Shown here one piece after another: positions 27,650 to 37,661 of a DNA stretch of 64,000 bases. Location of the stretch: contig FR902206.1 of assembly GCA_000437855.1 (NCBI GenBank), positions 5,080-69,079 on the forward strand, in the 5' to 3' direction. A program made the translations under genes and the position numbers. This stretch comes from Clostridium sp. CAG:567. Its GTDB lineage: Bacteria; Bacillota; Clostridia; TANB77; CAG-508. Under the pieces are notes generated by a model. The model was not told the origin of the DNA. It did not search any database and saw only the letters and a program-made list of their open reading frames with translations. Positions within the stretch are counted from its first letter, which is position 1, and every line of letters begins with the position of its first letter.

Positions 27650-28135
27650 ATGGAAAAATATATGAAAAATTTATCTAGTTGGTTGATTGCTATATTTGCA
27701 TTTGCCTTTTGGTTATATAGAGTTGTAGCAACAGCATTATATTCTATGGGAACAGAGCTTGTTTTACCACCAATGGACATGATAATGGAAATATTATTGT
27801 TATTCATTACATTTATATGTATATGCTTTATTATAAAAAGAAAATTATTATCTGCAATAATATATTTAATATCACATATATTCTACTATGGAATATATAT
27901 GTATCAAAATGTAGAAACTATGATAAATAATTCGGGAACATTAAACTTATACATGGGATTACTTGTATGTTTGGTTGCTTTAGTAATACCAGTAGCAGCT
28001 TTATTTGATGTATTAGTTGATAAAAGCAGAAAAGTTAACCCTGTGGATAAACAAACAGACTGGTTTTATAAAAATAAAGAATATGATAGAAAGCTTGATG
28101 AAAGAGCAGATAAAAATCAATATAGAACTTTATAA
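27650..28135 (+). CDS. integral membrane protein, unknown function
   Basis: 161 aa with four hydrophobic helices and a basic C-terminal tail. Confidence 0.65.
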   Translation: MEKYMKNLSSWLIAIFAFAFWLYRVVATALYSMGTELVLPPMDMIMEILLLFITFICICFIIKRKLLSAIIYLISHIFYYGIYMYQNVETMINNSGTLNLYMGLLVCLVALVIPVAALFDVLVDKSRKVNPVDKQTDWFYKNKEYDRKLDERADKNQYRTL

Positions 28136-28147
28136 AAATAATATCAT

Positions 28148-28185
28148 AAATACTACTGACAATGTTATTATTGTCAGTAGTATTT
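28148..28185 (+). terminator. 16-bp perfect hairpin
   Basis: aaatactactgacaat-gttatt-attgtcagtagtattt. Confidence 0.6.
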
Positions 28186-28216
28186 ATATAAATAAGTATA
28201 GGGAGACTAATTAAAA

Positions 28217-28771
28217 ATGAAAAAAGGCGAATTAGAACTAATTGATTATGCTATATATTTTGCAACAAAAGCACATACTGGTCAAAAAAGAAAAACAGAA
28301 CAAGATGTGGATATGATATTTCATCCATTCACAGTTGGAATGATTTTACAAAGAGCAGGAGCAAAGACTGAATGCGTAATAGCGGGGATATTACATGATG
28401 TGGTAGAAGACACAAAATACACACTAGAAGATATAAAAGAACAATTTGGAACTCAAGTTGCTAATATAGTAGATGAAGTTTCAGAAAATAAAAGTTTACC
28501 ATGGAAAGAAAGAAAAATAGAAGCAATAAATAAAATAAAAACAGCAAGTATGGATGGAAAACTTGTGGAATGTGCAGATAAGATCAGCAATTTAGAGTCT
28601 TTGTACAATTTGTATCAAGAAGAAGGGGAAGAAGTTTGGAAAAGCTTTAATAAACCAAAAGAAGAGCAAAAATGGTATTATACTAATATGTTTCAAGCCG
28701 TTTTAATGAATACTACAGAAGAAAATATGTTATTTGACAGATATAAAAGAATATTAAATAAAGTTTTTTAA
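28217..28771 (+). CDS. HD-domain protein of the RelA/SpoT hydrolase type (small alarmone hydrolase-like)
   Basis: ..KAHTGQKRK.., HPFTVGMIL, AGILHDVVEDT. There is no synthetase domain. Confidence 0.85.
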   Translation: MKKGELELIDYAIYFATKAHTGQKRKTEQDVDMIFHPFTVGMILQRAGAKTECVIAGILHDVVEDTKYTLEDIKEQFGTQVANIVDEVSENKSLPWKERKIEAINKIKTASMDGKLVECADKISNLESLYNLYQEEGEEVWKSFNKPKEEQKWYYTNMFQAVLMNTTEENMLFDRYKRILNKVF

Positions 28772-28783
28772 AGGAGTATTTTT

Positions 28784-28915
28784 ATGCAGTATTCATCTGA
28801 AGGAATAAATGAACAAAAGAATAAAATAGAAGAAAATTTAAAATATATATGTGACAATATAGCTAAGATGAAAGGACCAATTTTTATAGAATTACTAGGA
28901 ATGGCTAAAAATTGA
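28784..28915 (+). CDS. small ORF, possibly the 5' part of a frameshifted gene
   Basis: AAGGAG 7 nt before ATG; 43 aa. A protein-like frame (IDFSVHEGSIPQRDGELLKQLLI*) continues in another frame to about 28982. Confidence 0.35.
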   Translation: MQYSSEGINEQKNKIEENLKYICDNIAKMKGPIFIELLGMAKN

Positions 28916-29104
28916 TTTTTCTGTACATGAAGGTTCAATACCACAAAGAGACGGAGAACTATTAAAACAATTACTAATATAAAAATACATAAATAAAATG
29001 TCTTAGAGTAATCTGAGGCATTTTTTAGTACATTGTAATTTTATTGAAAATTATTTTTTGTTATGTTAGAATATGAATGAATTGAAAGAGAAAGGAAATA
29101 AAAT

Positions 29105-32100
29105 ATGGATGAATATGTTTTAAAAAAATTGGAACTAATAAAAGCAAAATGGAAAGAAAAAAATGACTTTCAAGAAAAAGGAGTAATATTATTACCTAAA
29201 ATTATTTCTATAAACAATGTATATTACTTTGCTTATCCAATACTTAGCAAAAATGAAAATTCTGAATATGAATTGCAAAATTGGATATATCAAGAATTGA
29301 AAAAATTAGTATTAAAATATTCTCTTAAAAATAGTGATGATTATATTGGAAAAGTAAACTTTGATGAAGAAATGATAAACAATACATTAGATAATAAAGA
29401 TATATCAAAAGAATTTTTGAATCTATATAAATATATTACTGCAATTGTAACAAACAAAGAGAATAAAGAAATAGAACAAGGAAAATTAGATAAATTAATA
29501 GAGAAATATAATAAAAATTTACATGATAATTTAAATGAAGAAATTTTTAAAATTTATGAAAAAAATAATAATAGTGAAGATAATACAAGAGATAATCTTA
29601 AAGAAGTAAAGGTATCAGATGAGAAAGAAGGAAAGAATCAAAAAAATGGTGAAAATACAACAAATAGTAGTGAAAATGTAGTCGATAAATATTCTAAAGA
29701 AACAAAACAAATTTTAAAAGATATAGGTACTTTAAAAAATCTTGAAATAGTTGATTATGACTTTGAATGGAATTTGGTTCAAGGATTAAGATTTGCTTCA
29801 TTAGATTTTATAGAACTGTGTATCACAATACTAAAGAAAGGAGAAGTTTCATTAAAACAAGTTGTTGTAAATGAAAAGAATAAAATTGAAATTTCAAGTA
29901 AAATTCTTAGTTTATGTGATAACAGATTTCAAAAGGAAGAGACAAATGATGTTATATTAAAGAAAAAAATAGAAAATAATGAGATGATAAATAAAAGTTC
30001 AAATAATTTTACAACATTACCAAATGATTATGAAAACAGTTCATGTATTAAATGTAAATATAGTAAATGTCCTAAGTACTATGCTGGTTACATTTTATAT
30101 TTGAAAAACAAGGGATTATTAGAAACAAAATTAAAAGATAGAGAAGAATATAGAAGAAATAAATTTGAAAGTGATTATTTCACATTTAGATGGACTGTAG
30201 AAGACGGAGTTAAAAAAATTCCAGGGAAAACATTTGATATAGCATTAGCATTATTTAAAAATAATATGGTGTTTGTAGAACAAGGAGGAAGCCAAGACGG
30301 AGAAAATGCATCAGCAAAAATACATCTACCATTTGACTGTAATGTATATAAATTTAATTCGGATAATATTGAAAATATATTAAAGTATAAAGATACTCCT
30401 GTTAAAGGATGGAGAAATGTTACAAGAAATGTAAAAAAATTATTGTATAAATGTAATAGCTGGAATTGTGCACTACCATATTGTATATTTGATGTTGCTG
30501 GATATCTTTTTTATCTTGATAAAACAGGGCAATGGAAACAAGCTGAAGAAGATAGAAAATATTATGAAGAAAATAAAAAAGAAATAGAAGAACAGGCTTT
30601 GAAAGAACAAGAAGAACAGTTATGTAAATTTGAAGAAGAAGCTAAACAAAAAAGAGCTCAAGAAACTGAAAGAATATTAGAATATAAGAATAAAGCTCAA
30701 AATATTGAACAACTAATAGATAAAATAAATACAGAAGAAGGATTACATATATCTATTGAGGGTGAAAGAGGTACAGGAAAAATTGAATTGGCCAATAGAA
30801 TATGCAAATTACTAAAAGCAAATAATAAAATTGATAATGATGAACCGGAATACTTAAGCATTCATAATTTAGCATTCAAAAATACATACGAGAAGCTGGA
30901 AATTCCAGGTACTACAACATGGACTGTAAAAGAACTTTCTATTAGCAATAAGCATTTGTATGTTTTAACAGATATAAAAGAATTTATTAAGGAATATAAA
31001 AATATAAATAGTGAAGATAATGTTAATTATATTACTTTAAAAAGAATTAATAGAGTAATTGAATTGATAACATCTTTATTTGGAGAAGATTATATTATAT
31101 TGGCATCTGACAAAAAGTCGATTGACGAATTTTTAATGTTAGATTCAAAAATTAAATTTGTATATCAAAATAATAGATATGAAATTTCAAACTTATCAAT
31201 AGATGATTTATTTGAGTTATATTATAAAAGTTTAAATAATGAAATGTTGAACAAGCTAAGAAATGATACAGAACTTAGAGAAAAAATTAAAGAAAAATTT
31301 ATAGATTATGTGAGTATAAATGCAGAGTTCTTTCCATTTCAAAATGAGGAATTAGCAAGATACTTAGCAAATTATAGTATAAGTAAAAAAGATTTTGTTT
31401 TACCAGATAATATTTATAGAAGAGAAACTGTAGAGGAAAGCTTAAAGAAAATAATAGGCTTAAATACAGTAAAAGAAAATATAAAAAAATTTGAAAAGTA
31501 TGCACTATATACAGTAAAAGCTAGAAACTTAGGATTAGAAATGAATAAATCAAATTTACACATGATTTTTACAGGTAATCCTGGTACTGGAAAAACAACG
31601 GTGGCAAGAATTATGGCTAAAATGTTATATGATTTAGCTTTAATTTCAGAAAACAAATTAGTAGAAGTTGAAAGAAAAGATTTAGTTGCAAGTTATATTG
31701 GACAAACAGCACCGAAAACAGCAGAAGTAATTGCAAAGGCAATGGGAGGGGTCTTATTTATAGATGAAGCTTATACTCTAGCACAAGGAAATAAAGCAGA
31801 AAATGATTATGGAGCTGAAGCGGTTGCAACTTTAACCAAAGCAATGGAAGATCATAAGGATGATTTAGTGGTTATTTTTGCAGGATATAAAGATGAAATG
31901 AAGACATTTTTAGATATAAATCCAGGAATATCTTCAAGAATTGGTTATACATTTCACTTTGAAGATTATACTAGTGCTGAACTAAATCAAATGTTCTTTA
32001 TGAAAATGATGAATATGGGATATTCAGTGGATAAGAATGTGAATAAAAAACTATTAAAGATTTTCGACTATTTTATTAAGAAAAAGAACTTTGGAAATGG

Positions 32101-33586
32101 ACGTTTTATAGACAAACTAATTCAGGAAGTTGTTATGCAACACGCATTAAGAGAAACAAAAGATATAAGAGTAATTACTATAGATGACATACCAACAATA
32201 GAAGAATTAAATAATACAAATTATACAAATTATGATGCAGATAAAATGCTTAATGAGTTGGTAGGACTAAAAGATTTAAAAGAAAAAATTAAAGAATTTG
32301 AGAATTATATAAAATTCTTGAAAAAAGCAGAAGAGCAAAACTTAGTTATACCAAATCAAAATTTACACATGATTTTTACAGGAAACTCAGGTACGGGAAA
32401 AACAACTGTAGCAAGAATTATTGCAAAAATTTTATTTGATTTAGGAATGATTCATGAAAATAAACTAGTAGAAGTTGAAAGAAAAGATTTAGTGGCAGGT
32501 TATGTAGGACAAACAGCACAAAAAACCTCAGAAGTAATTGAAAAAGCAATGGGAGGAGTGTTATTTATAGATGAAGCCTATACTCTAGCACAAGGTAGTA
32601 AATCAGGAAATGATTTTGGTTCAGAAGCAGTTGCAACTTTAATTAAAGCAATGGAAGTCCATAAAGGAGAATTTGTAGTAATATTTGCAGGTTACAAAGA
32701 AGAAATGGGTGAATTCTTAAATATAAATTCAGGTATTGCATCAAGAGTTGGTTATATATTTAATTTTCCGGATTATACAGATGAAGAGTATTGTGAAATA
32801 TATTATAGAAAAATATCAGCATTAGGCTTGAAAATTGAAGATGATGCAAAAGAAAATGTTGAACAAGTGATGAAGTATTTTTGTAATGTGGAGAATAATG
32901 GAAATGGTAGGTTTGTAGATAAAGTTGTACAAAATACATTATTAAAACTTGCAAAAAAAGATGGGGACATTACTTTAGTAACAAAAGAATGCATACCATC
33001 AATTCAAGATATGACAAGAACTATGTTTGCTGGTGAATCTATGATAAATCCGGATTTTATTGATGAAAAATCTCAAAGAAGAACAGCAATTCATGAAATT
33101 GGACATGCAACTATAAGATATGTATTAGAAAAATTACCAGGAATTAAAAAAATTACTATAAATGCTGAAGGTACTGGAACACTAGGATATGTTGAATACA
33201 ATAATACTAATTTTAAATATACATCAAGCAAAAATGAATATTTGAATAGAATATGTGGACTTTTAGGTGGAATGTGTAATGAAATAATTTATTTTGGAGA
33301 ACATGAATCTGGTAATGGTAGTGATTTAGAAAAAGCTTCTAAGATTGTAACTAATATGATTACAAGATTTGGAATGTCAGACATGGGATTATATACATTT
33401 CCAGATGAGAAAGACACTGGTAAATACATATATGAGGAAGCTAATAAAATACTTGCCGAATGTTATGATAAAACAATTAAAATATTGACAGAAAATAAAG
33501 AAAAAACTCAAAAAGCAGTTGAATATTTACTTGAACATAAAGAAATTGACGAAAGTCAATTTGTAAAAATTATGAATAAATCATAA
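29105..33586 (+). CDS. 1493-aa soluble multi-AAA+ (SpoVK/CbbX-type) ATPase fused to an FtsH-type M41 metalloprotease
   Basis: Degenerate P-loop GERGTGKI (about aa 553). Two canonical modules with GNPGTGKTTVAR / GNSGTGKTTVAR Walker A and VLFIDEAY Walker B. C-terminal AIHEIGHA..GTLGYV..LLGGMCNEIIYFG..GSDLEKASKIV..FGMSD. No hydrophobic TM stretch. Confidence 0.9.
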   Translation: MDEYVLKKLELIKAKWKEKNDFQEKGVILLPKIISINNVYYFAYPILSKNENSEYELQNWIYQELKKLVLKYSLKNSDDYIGKVNFDEEMINNTLDNKDISKEFLNLYKYITAIVTNKENKEIEQGKLDKLIEKYNKNLHDNLNEEIFKIYEKNNNSEDNTRDNLKEVKVSDEKEGKNQKNGENTTNSSENVVDKYSKETKQILKDIGTLKNLEIVDYDFEWNLVQGLRFASLDFIELCITILKKGEVSLKQVVVNEKNKIEISSKILSLCDNRFQKEETNDVILKKKIENNEMINKSSNNFTTLPNDYENSSCIKCKYSKCPKYYAGYILYLKNKGLLETKLKDREEYRRNKFESDYFTFRWTVEDGVKKIPGKTFDIALALFKNNMVFVEQGGSQDGENASAKIHLPFDCNVYKFNSDNIENILKYKDTPVKGWRNVTRNVKKLLYKCNSWNCALPYCIFDVAGYLFYLDKTGQWKQAEEDRKYYEENKKEIEEQALKEQEEQLCKFEEEAKQKRAQETERILEYKNKAQNIEQLIDKINTEEGLHISIEGERGTGKIELANRICKLLKANNKIDNDEPEYLSIHNLAFKNTYEKLEIPGTTTWTVKELSISNKHLYVLTDIKEFIKEYKNINSEDNVNYITLKRINRVIELITSLFGEDYIILASDKKSIDEFLMLDSKIKFVYQNNRYEISNLSIDDLFELYYKSLNNEMLNKLRNDTELREKIKEKFIDYVSINAEFFPFQNEELARYLANYSISKKDFVLPDNIYRRETVEESLKKIIGLNTVKENIKKFEKYALYTVKARNLGLEMNKSNLHMIFTGNPGTGKTTVARIMAKMLYDLALISENKLVEVERKDLVASYIGQTAPKTAEVIAKAMGGVLFIDEAYTLAQGNKAENDYGAEAVATLTKAMEDHKDDLVVIFAGYKDEMKTFLDINPGISSRIGYTFHFEDYTSAELNQMFFMKMMNMGYSVDKNVNKKLLKIFDYFIKKKNFGNGRFIDKLIQEVVMQHALRETKDIRVITIDDIPTIEELNNTNYTNYDADKMLNELVGLKDLKEKIKEFENYIKFLKKAEEQNLVIPNQNLHMIFTGNSGTGKTTVARIIAKILFDLGMIHENKLVEVERKDLVAGYVGQTAQKTSEVIEKAMGGVLFIDEAYTLAQGSKSGNDFGSEAVATLIKAMEVHKGEFVVIFAGYKEEMGEFLNINSGIASRVGYIFNFPDYTDEEYCEIYYRKISALGLKIEDDAKENVEQVMKYFCNVENNGNGRFVDKVVQNTLLKLAKKDGDITLVTKECIPSIQDMTRTMFAGESMINPDFIDEKSQRRTAIHEIGHATIRYVLEKLPGIKKITINAEGTGTLGYVEYNNTNFKYTSSKNEYLNRICGLLGGMCNEIIYFGEHESGNGSDLEKASKIVTNMITRFGMSDMGLYTFPDEKDTGKYIYEEANKILAECYDKTIKILTENKEKTQKAVEYLLEHKEIDESQFVKIMNKS

Positions 33587-33616
33587 TAATAGAAATTTAT
33601 TAAGGAGATATATGAG

Positions 33617-33751
33617 ATGAGAGATAGTGAACTTATAAACAATTTAAGATATATTTTAGATAAAGATTGTGTAGAAAAATTAATAAAACACCATGATGAA
33701 GAATATGAAAAAACATTAAAAGAAATACGTAAAAAGGGAATGATTTTCTAG
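33617..33751 (+). CDS. possible small ORF (44 aa)
   Basis: AAGGAG upstream; MRDSELINNLRYILDKDCVEKLIKHHDEEYEKTLKEIRKKGMIF*. Below the track cutoff. Confidence 0.3.
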   Translation: MRDSELINNLRYILDKDCVEKLIKHHDEEYEKTLKEIRKKGMIF

Positions 33752-33793
33752 AAATATAAGTTATGATATACAAGAGGCCTGTTTGGAAAAAGG

Positions 33794-34291
33794 ATGGAAA
33801 ATATTATGAAAAATGAATCAAATTTAAAATATACATATAAACATAGAAAAGTAGTTATGTACTTAGCAAATAAGTACATAAAAGAAAATAAAGATGCAAT
33901 TTTATGTAGGATGAAAAATCATGATTTAGATAAAATGTTTATGTATTTGTTTTATGATAAAAAGGATGTGTCTCAAATACATAGAAGATTATCGTCACAT
34001 CATAAAAATGAACTAGAAAAAGACTATATAGATTATGTTGAAATGGTATTAGATTGGGAAAGTGCCAGATATACAAAACCAGATAAACCATTAAATGCTT
34101 ATGATACATTATACAAATATTATCCTACAATGGAAGAAAAAATAATACCAATATTAGAAGAATTTGAAATTAACAAATCAAATTTACCAATGGAAGAGGA
34201 TGTACTTGAATATGCTAATAGTATAAGTGAAGTATCAAATGAAGAAATAAAAAATGAGCTATTAAATTATATAAACAGTGAATGTATTTAG
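33794..34291 (+). CDS. hypothetical protein with His-rich putative metal motifs
   Basis: 165 aa; KNHDLDK and LSSHHKNE motifs. No confident family assignment. Confidence 0.55.
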   Translation: MENIMKNESNLKYTYKHRKVVMYLANKYIKENKDAILCRMKNHDLDKMFMYLFYDKKDVSQIHRRLSSHHKNELEKDYIDYVEMVLDWESARYTKPDKPLNAYDTLYKYYPTMEEKIIPILEEFEINKSNLPMEEDVLEYANSISEVSNEEIKNELLNYINSECI

Positions 34292-34355
34292 TTTATATTA
34301 ATAAGCATAAAATATTTGACAAGGAAAGTATGTAAAACTCAATATAAATTTTATG

Positions 34356-34389
34356 AAGCAAGTGATTAGTTGAAAATCACTTGCTTTTA
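34356..34389 (+). terminator. rho-independent terminator
   Basis: aagcaagtgatt-agttgaa-aatcacttgctt followed by tt. Confidence 0.8.
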
Positions 34390-34435
34390 TGATAAAATAT
34401 AGAATGTATTTAAAATAAAAAAATAGGTGAATAAA

Positions 34436-34470
34436 ATGAGTAATGAAAATAAGATGAATATTAACTGGTA
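34436..34470 (+). pseudogene. rbgA: stranded ancestral 5' end of rbgA (MSNENKMNINW-Y)
   Basis: AGGTGA RBS, then ATG ... ATG AAT ATT AAC TGG TA, interrupted by unrelated DNA. M-N-I-N-W-Y is the canonical RbgA N-terminus. Confidence 0.7.
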
Positions 34471-34634
34471 AAGAACGACTTATATAAACTTTCTCTTAAG
34501 CCCTTATTTTATAAGACTTTTTATTTAACTTCTTTTTACATTTTATAAGTAAAAATCAATTGGATTTTGAGGAAAAATGGGGTAATTACGACTTAAGGAA
34601 AACTTTTATATAAAAAATGAAGAAGGAGGTAGTA

Positions 34635-34930
34635 ATGAAGAAAATTGTAGATAGATATACTAATAATATTTTTGAAAATATTAAACATATGGATGAATAT
34701 GGAAATGAATATTGGTATGCTAGGGAACTTTCAAAAGTTTTAGAATATAGAGATTGAAGAAATTTTTTAAAGGTTTTAAATAAAGCAAAAGATGCTTGTA
34801 AAAATTCTGGGTTTAATATAGATGGACAACTTGTTGAGGTCAACAGGTTGTCAAAAAAAAACAATAATGCTATTGCTAATATACAAGATTATAAACTTTC
34901 AAGAAGAAAGGGAGCTTTCAAAAACAAAAT
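34635..34930 (+). pseudogene. DinD-like (DNA-damage-inducible protein D) gene remnant
   Basis: ..NIFENIKHMDEYGNEYWYARELSKVLEYRD*RNFLKVLNKAKDACKNSG... The TGA at 34755-34757 replaces the conserved Trp, and the 3' part diverges or is frameshifted. Confidence 0.65.
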
Positions 34931-34966
34931 CTTTTTAAAAGATGTTGAGGAGGATTAGATTTTATA

Positions 34967-35611
34967 ATGAAATTAATAGATGATACAGAATTTTTAGTAA
35001 TAGATTTTGAAACGATTACTCCAAAAGGAAGACCACCAGAGCCAATAGAAGTAGGAATATTAAGAATAAAACAAAAAAAAATAGATAATAATGCATCAAT
35101 TGATTGGCTGATTAAGCCACCAGAAGGTTTACACTTAACGCGTTTTGATACTTCACAAACAGGTATAACAGAACAAGATTTAATGCATGGTATAGATGCT
35201 AAAAGAGCAATGAGAATAATTGATAAATCTTGTTCAAAAAAAGACTATGTATTTATTGCACAAAATGCTAAATATGAAGCTAATATTTTATCTCATTATA
35301 CAGATGAATGTAAAGGAATAGCTAAAACACCAATAATAGATACTATTTTATTAGCCAAACATGTTTTACCAAAATTGTCAAATTACAAATTAGATACCTT
35401 GGCAAGCACATTGGGATTACGAATCCCAGAAAATAGGCATAGAGCTCTTTCTGATTGCTTTTTAACAGCAGAAGTCTTTTTAAAATTACTTGAACTACAA
35501 AAAGGAAAGCATGAGATAATATATTTGGATGAGTTATTAAATATTGCGAAAATAAAAACAAAATATAGCGAACCTCAACAATTGACATTGGGAGATTTCA
35601 TGGGATTGTAA
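34967..35611 (+). CDS. DnaQ-like 3'-5' exonuclease (DEDDh)
   Basis: LVIDFETITP (Exo I), FIAQNAKYEANIL (Exo II), HRALSDCFLTAEVF (Exo III, H-x4-D). Confidence 0.8.
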   Translation: MKLIDDTEFLVIDFETITPKGRPPEPIEVGILRIKQKKIDNNASIDWLIKPPEGLHLTRFDTSQTGITEQDLMHGIDAKRAMRIIDKSCSKKDYVFIAQNAKYEANILSHYTDECKGIAKTPIIDTILLAKHVLPKLSNYKLDTLASTLGLRIPENRHRALSDCFLTAEVFLKLLELQKGKHEIIYLDELLNIAKIKTKYSEPQQLTLGDFMGL

Positions 35612-35648
35612 AGATAACTTTTATTTAACGAAATGGGGTGCGATAATA

Positions 35649-35690
35649 ATGCAAATTGGAATTGATGTAGATGGAGTATTACTTGATTAA
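35649..35690 (+). pseudogene. 13-codon stub resembling an HAD/5'-nucleotidase N-terminus
   Basis: MQIGIDVDGVLLD* (DxDGVL motif), then a stop. Confidence 0.3.
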
Positions 35691-35700
35691 AATATTAAAG

Positions 35701-36455
35701 TAAATATTACAAACATAGATGATAATGATTATATTTGTATTTCTGATTTTGGTAAATACAAAGAGGGAAAATCGAAAGCTGATGACATTATAAGAAACTG
35801 GTTAAGAAATAGAATTACTTTGGAATTTTTAGGAACATGGGAGTCTATTTATAATCCAAATTTTAATTCCGTCGAATTCGACGGGTTTAGAAAAAGTGCA
35901 GGACTTCATACATTTACATTAAGTGTTACTGAATGGTGTGATAAAACAAATGCGATTGGAATATATTCAAAGCGTGGAAAATATGGTGGAACATATGCAC
36001 ATAAAGATATTGCATTTGAATTTGCATCAGCAATTAGTCCCGTTTTTAAATTGTATTTAATAAAGGAATTTGAGAGATTAAAGGAGTTAGAAAATCAGAA
36101 TAGAGAAGGGGATGTAAAAAGAATACTAACGAAAAATAATTATTTGATACATACTGATGCAATTAAAAATTATATATTGCCAGATAATGATTTTTATAAA
36201 AATAGAGAATGGTTAAAGCATGCTGAAGAAGCAGATTTTTTGAATGTTGCAGTATTTAATACAACGGCTAAAAAATGGAGAGAACTTAATCCTGAATTAG
36301 CAAAAACATCTAATTTTGCAAGAAGTCATATAGAAGCAGATATGTATTTTGAAAATATTTTTCCAGCTTTAAATATTAGGTTTATATCTATTATAGAAAA
36401 TATAGATAGCATAATTATATTTCAAAATGGAGAAATAAACGTAAAATTCAAGTAA
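35701..36455 (+). pseudogene. KilA-N domain gene lacking its start, 3' end fused to a recombinase-tail-like segment
   Basis: The open frame without ATG begins ..NITNIDDNDYICISDFGKY..IIRNWLRNRITLEFLGTWESIYNPNF..YAHKDIAFEFASAISPVFKLYLIKEF. The last ~19 aa (IENIDSIIIFQNGEINVKFK) resemble serine-recombinase C-termini. Confidence 0.6.
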
Positions 36456-36677
36456 AGGAGTGAACATAGATGAATAAAGAAAAAGATCAAAATAGTTATC
36501 ACAAAATCAACCTTAACTGGTAAAGAACGACTCATATAAACTCTCTTTAAAACTCTTATTTTATAAGGCTTTTAATTAAATTTCTTTTTACAATTTTTAA
36601 TAAAAAATTAACAAAAATTATAAGAAAAATTGGGTAAGAACTACTTAAAGAAACTTTTTTATAAGAAGGTGAATATT

Positions 36678-37364
36678 TTGAAGATAGAAGATTTAAGAAA
36701 AGATTATGATGAATTACAAGTTAAATATGGTGCTAAGGAATTAGATTCTATATATAATGGTGGATGTGAAAAAAATCCTGATATATGTTTTGTTTTTATG
36801 AATCCTACCGGAAAAAATATTGCCAGTGATAAATCTTGGAAAGGTAGAAAGTCTCCATGGTTAGGAACTAAAAATATATGGAAGTTGTTCTATAAAGTTG
36901 ATTTATTAAGTGAAGAAACATTTAACAAAATTCAAGAAAAGAAACCAAAAGAATGGGATTATGAGTTTTGCAACTATGTTTACGAAGAAATTGAAAAAAA
37001 TAAATTGTTCATTACTAATTTAGGTAAATGTACACAAATAGATGCAAGACCGTTGCCTGATGAAGTGTTAAAAAAATATCTTGATTTATTATTCAAAGAA
37101 ATAAACATAATTAAACCAAAAATAATTATTACTTTTGGAAACCAAGTTAGTTCTATTATTTTAAATAAAAAGATATCTGTATCTGAAAATAGAAAAAAAT
37201 GTCACAAAATACAAATTAATAAAAACGAATATAAAGTTTATCCTGTTTATTATCCAGTAGGTAATGGCATATTTAATATTGATAAATCGATAGAAGATAT
37301 AAAATGGATAATTGAAAATGAAATAAAAAAAGAAGAACAAAATCTTCTTTGTAAAATTTTATAG
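36678..37364 (+). CDS. uracil-DNA glycosylase superfamily protein (tentative)
   Basis: CFVFMNPTGKN and ITNLGKCTQ resemble UDG-superfamily active-site motifs. TTG 36678 follows AAGGTGAA; the track start 36630 lies in the repeated element end. Confidence 0.55.
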   Translation: MKIEDLRKDYDELQVKYGAKELDSIYNGGCEKNPDICFVFMNPTGKNIASDKSWKGRKSPWLGTKNIWKLFYKVDLLSEETFNKIQEKKPKEWDYEFCNYVYEEIEKNKLFITNLGKCTQIDARPLPDEVLKKYLDLLFKEINIIKPKIIITFGNQVSSIILNKKISVSENRKKCHKIQINKNEYKVYPVYYPVGNGIFNIDKSIEDIKWIIENEIKKEEQNLLCKIL

Positions 37365-37381
37365 AAAGTTGTAATAATAAG

Positions 37382-37633
37382 ATGACATATAAGGTAGCAG
37401 CGTATCTTCGTTTATCAAAAGAAGAATATAGTAATGAAAAAGAATCAAATAGCATAACTAATCAAAAATTAATTATAGATAATTATTTAAAAGAACATAG
37501 AGAATATAAATTAATTGATTATTATATAGATGATGGTTATTCGGGTACTAATTTTGATAGATTAGAATTAGAAAATAAAGTAAAATGTATTTATATTGAT
37601 AAGAATAAAAATGTTAAAATTGATATTAAATAA
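37382..37633 (+). pseudogene. large serine recombinase, internally deleted (N-terminal catalytic segment fused to the C-terminal tail)
   Basis: KVAAYLRLSKEE..NSITNQKLII..YYIDDGYSGTNFDR (catalytic Ser motif) runs directly into ..VKCIYIDKNKNVKIDIK*. It is only 83 aa instead of about 500. Confidence 0.8.
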
Positions 37634-37661
37634 AAAATTTAAAAGAAAGGAAGGATAATAT

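Larger units (their letters stand above)
34471..36522 (+). mobile_element. integrated-element relic 1 at the rbgA N-W-Y site
   Basis: Bounded by AACTGGTA junctions at 34463-34470 and 36515-36522. The left end is homologous to that of relic 2. It ends with a replacement 5' frame, MNKEKDQNSYHKINLNW (36470-36522). Confidence 0.65.

Noticed and set aside
34755-34757. An in-frame TGA lies exactly where the DinD family has a conserved Trp (..LEYRD-TGA-RNF..). This raised the idea of TGA=Trp recoding (code 4-like) in the organism or in the element.
   Set aside because: All long core ORFs (addA, dnaE, the 1493-aa gene and others) encode Trp with TGG and contain no in-frame TGA. TGA is also used as a genuine stop, for example at recN (44841-44843). 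A single G-to-A decay mutation in a region full of pseudogenes is the simpler explanation.
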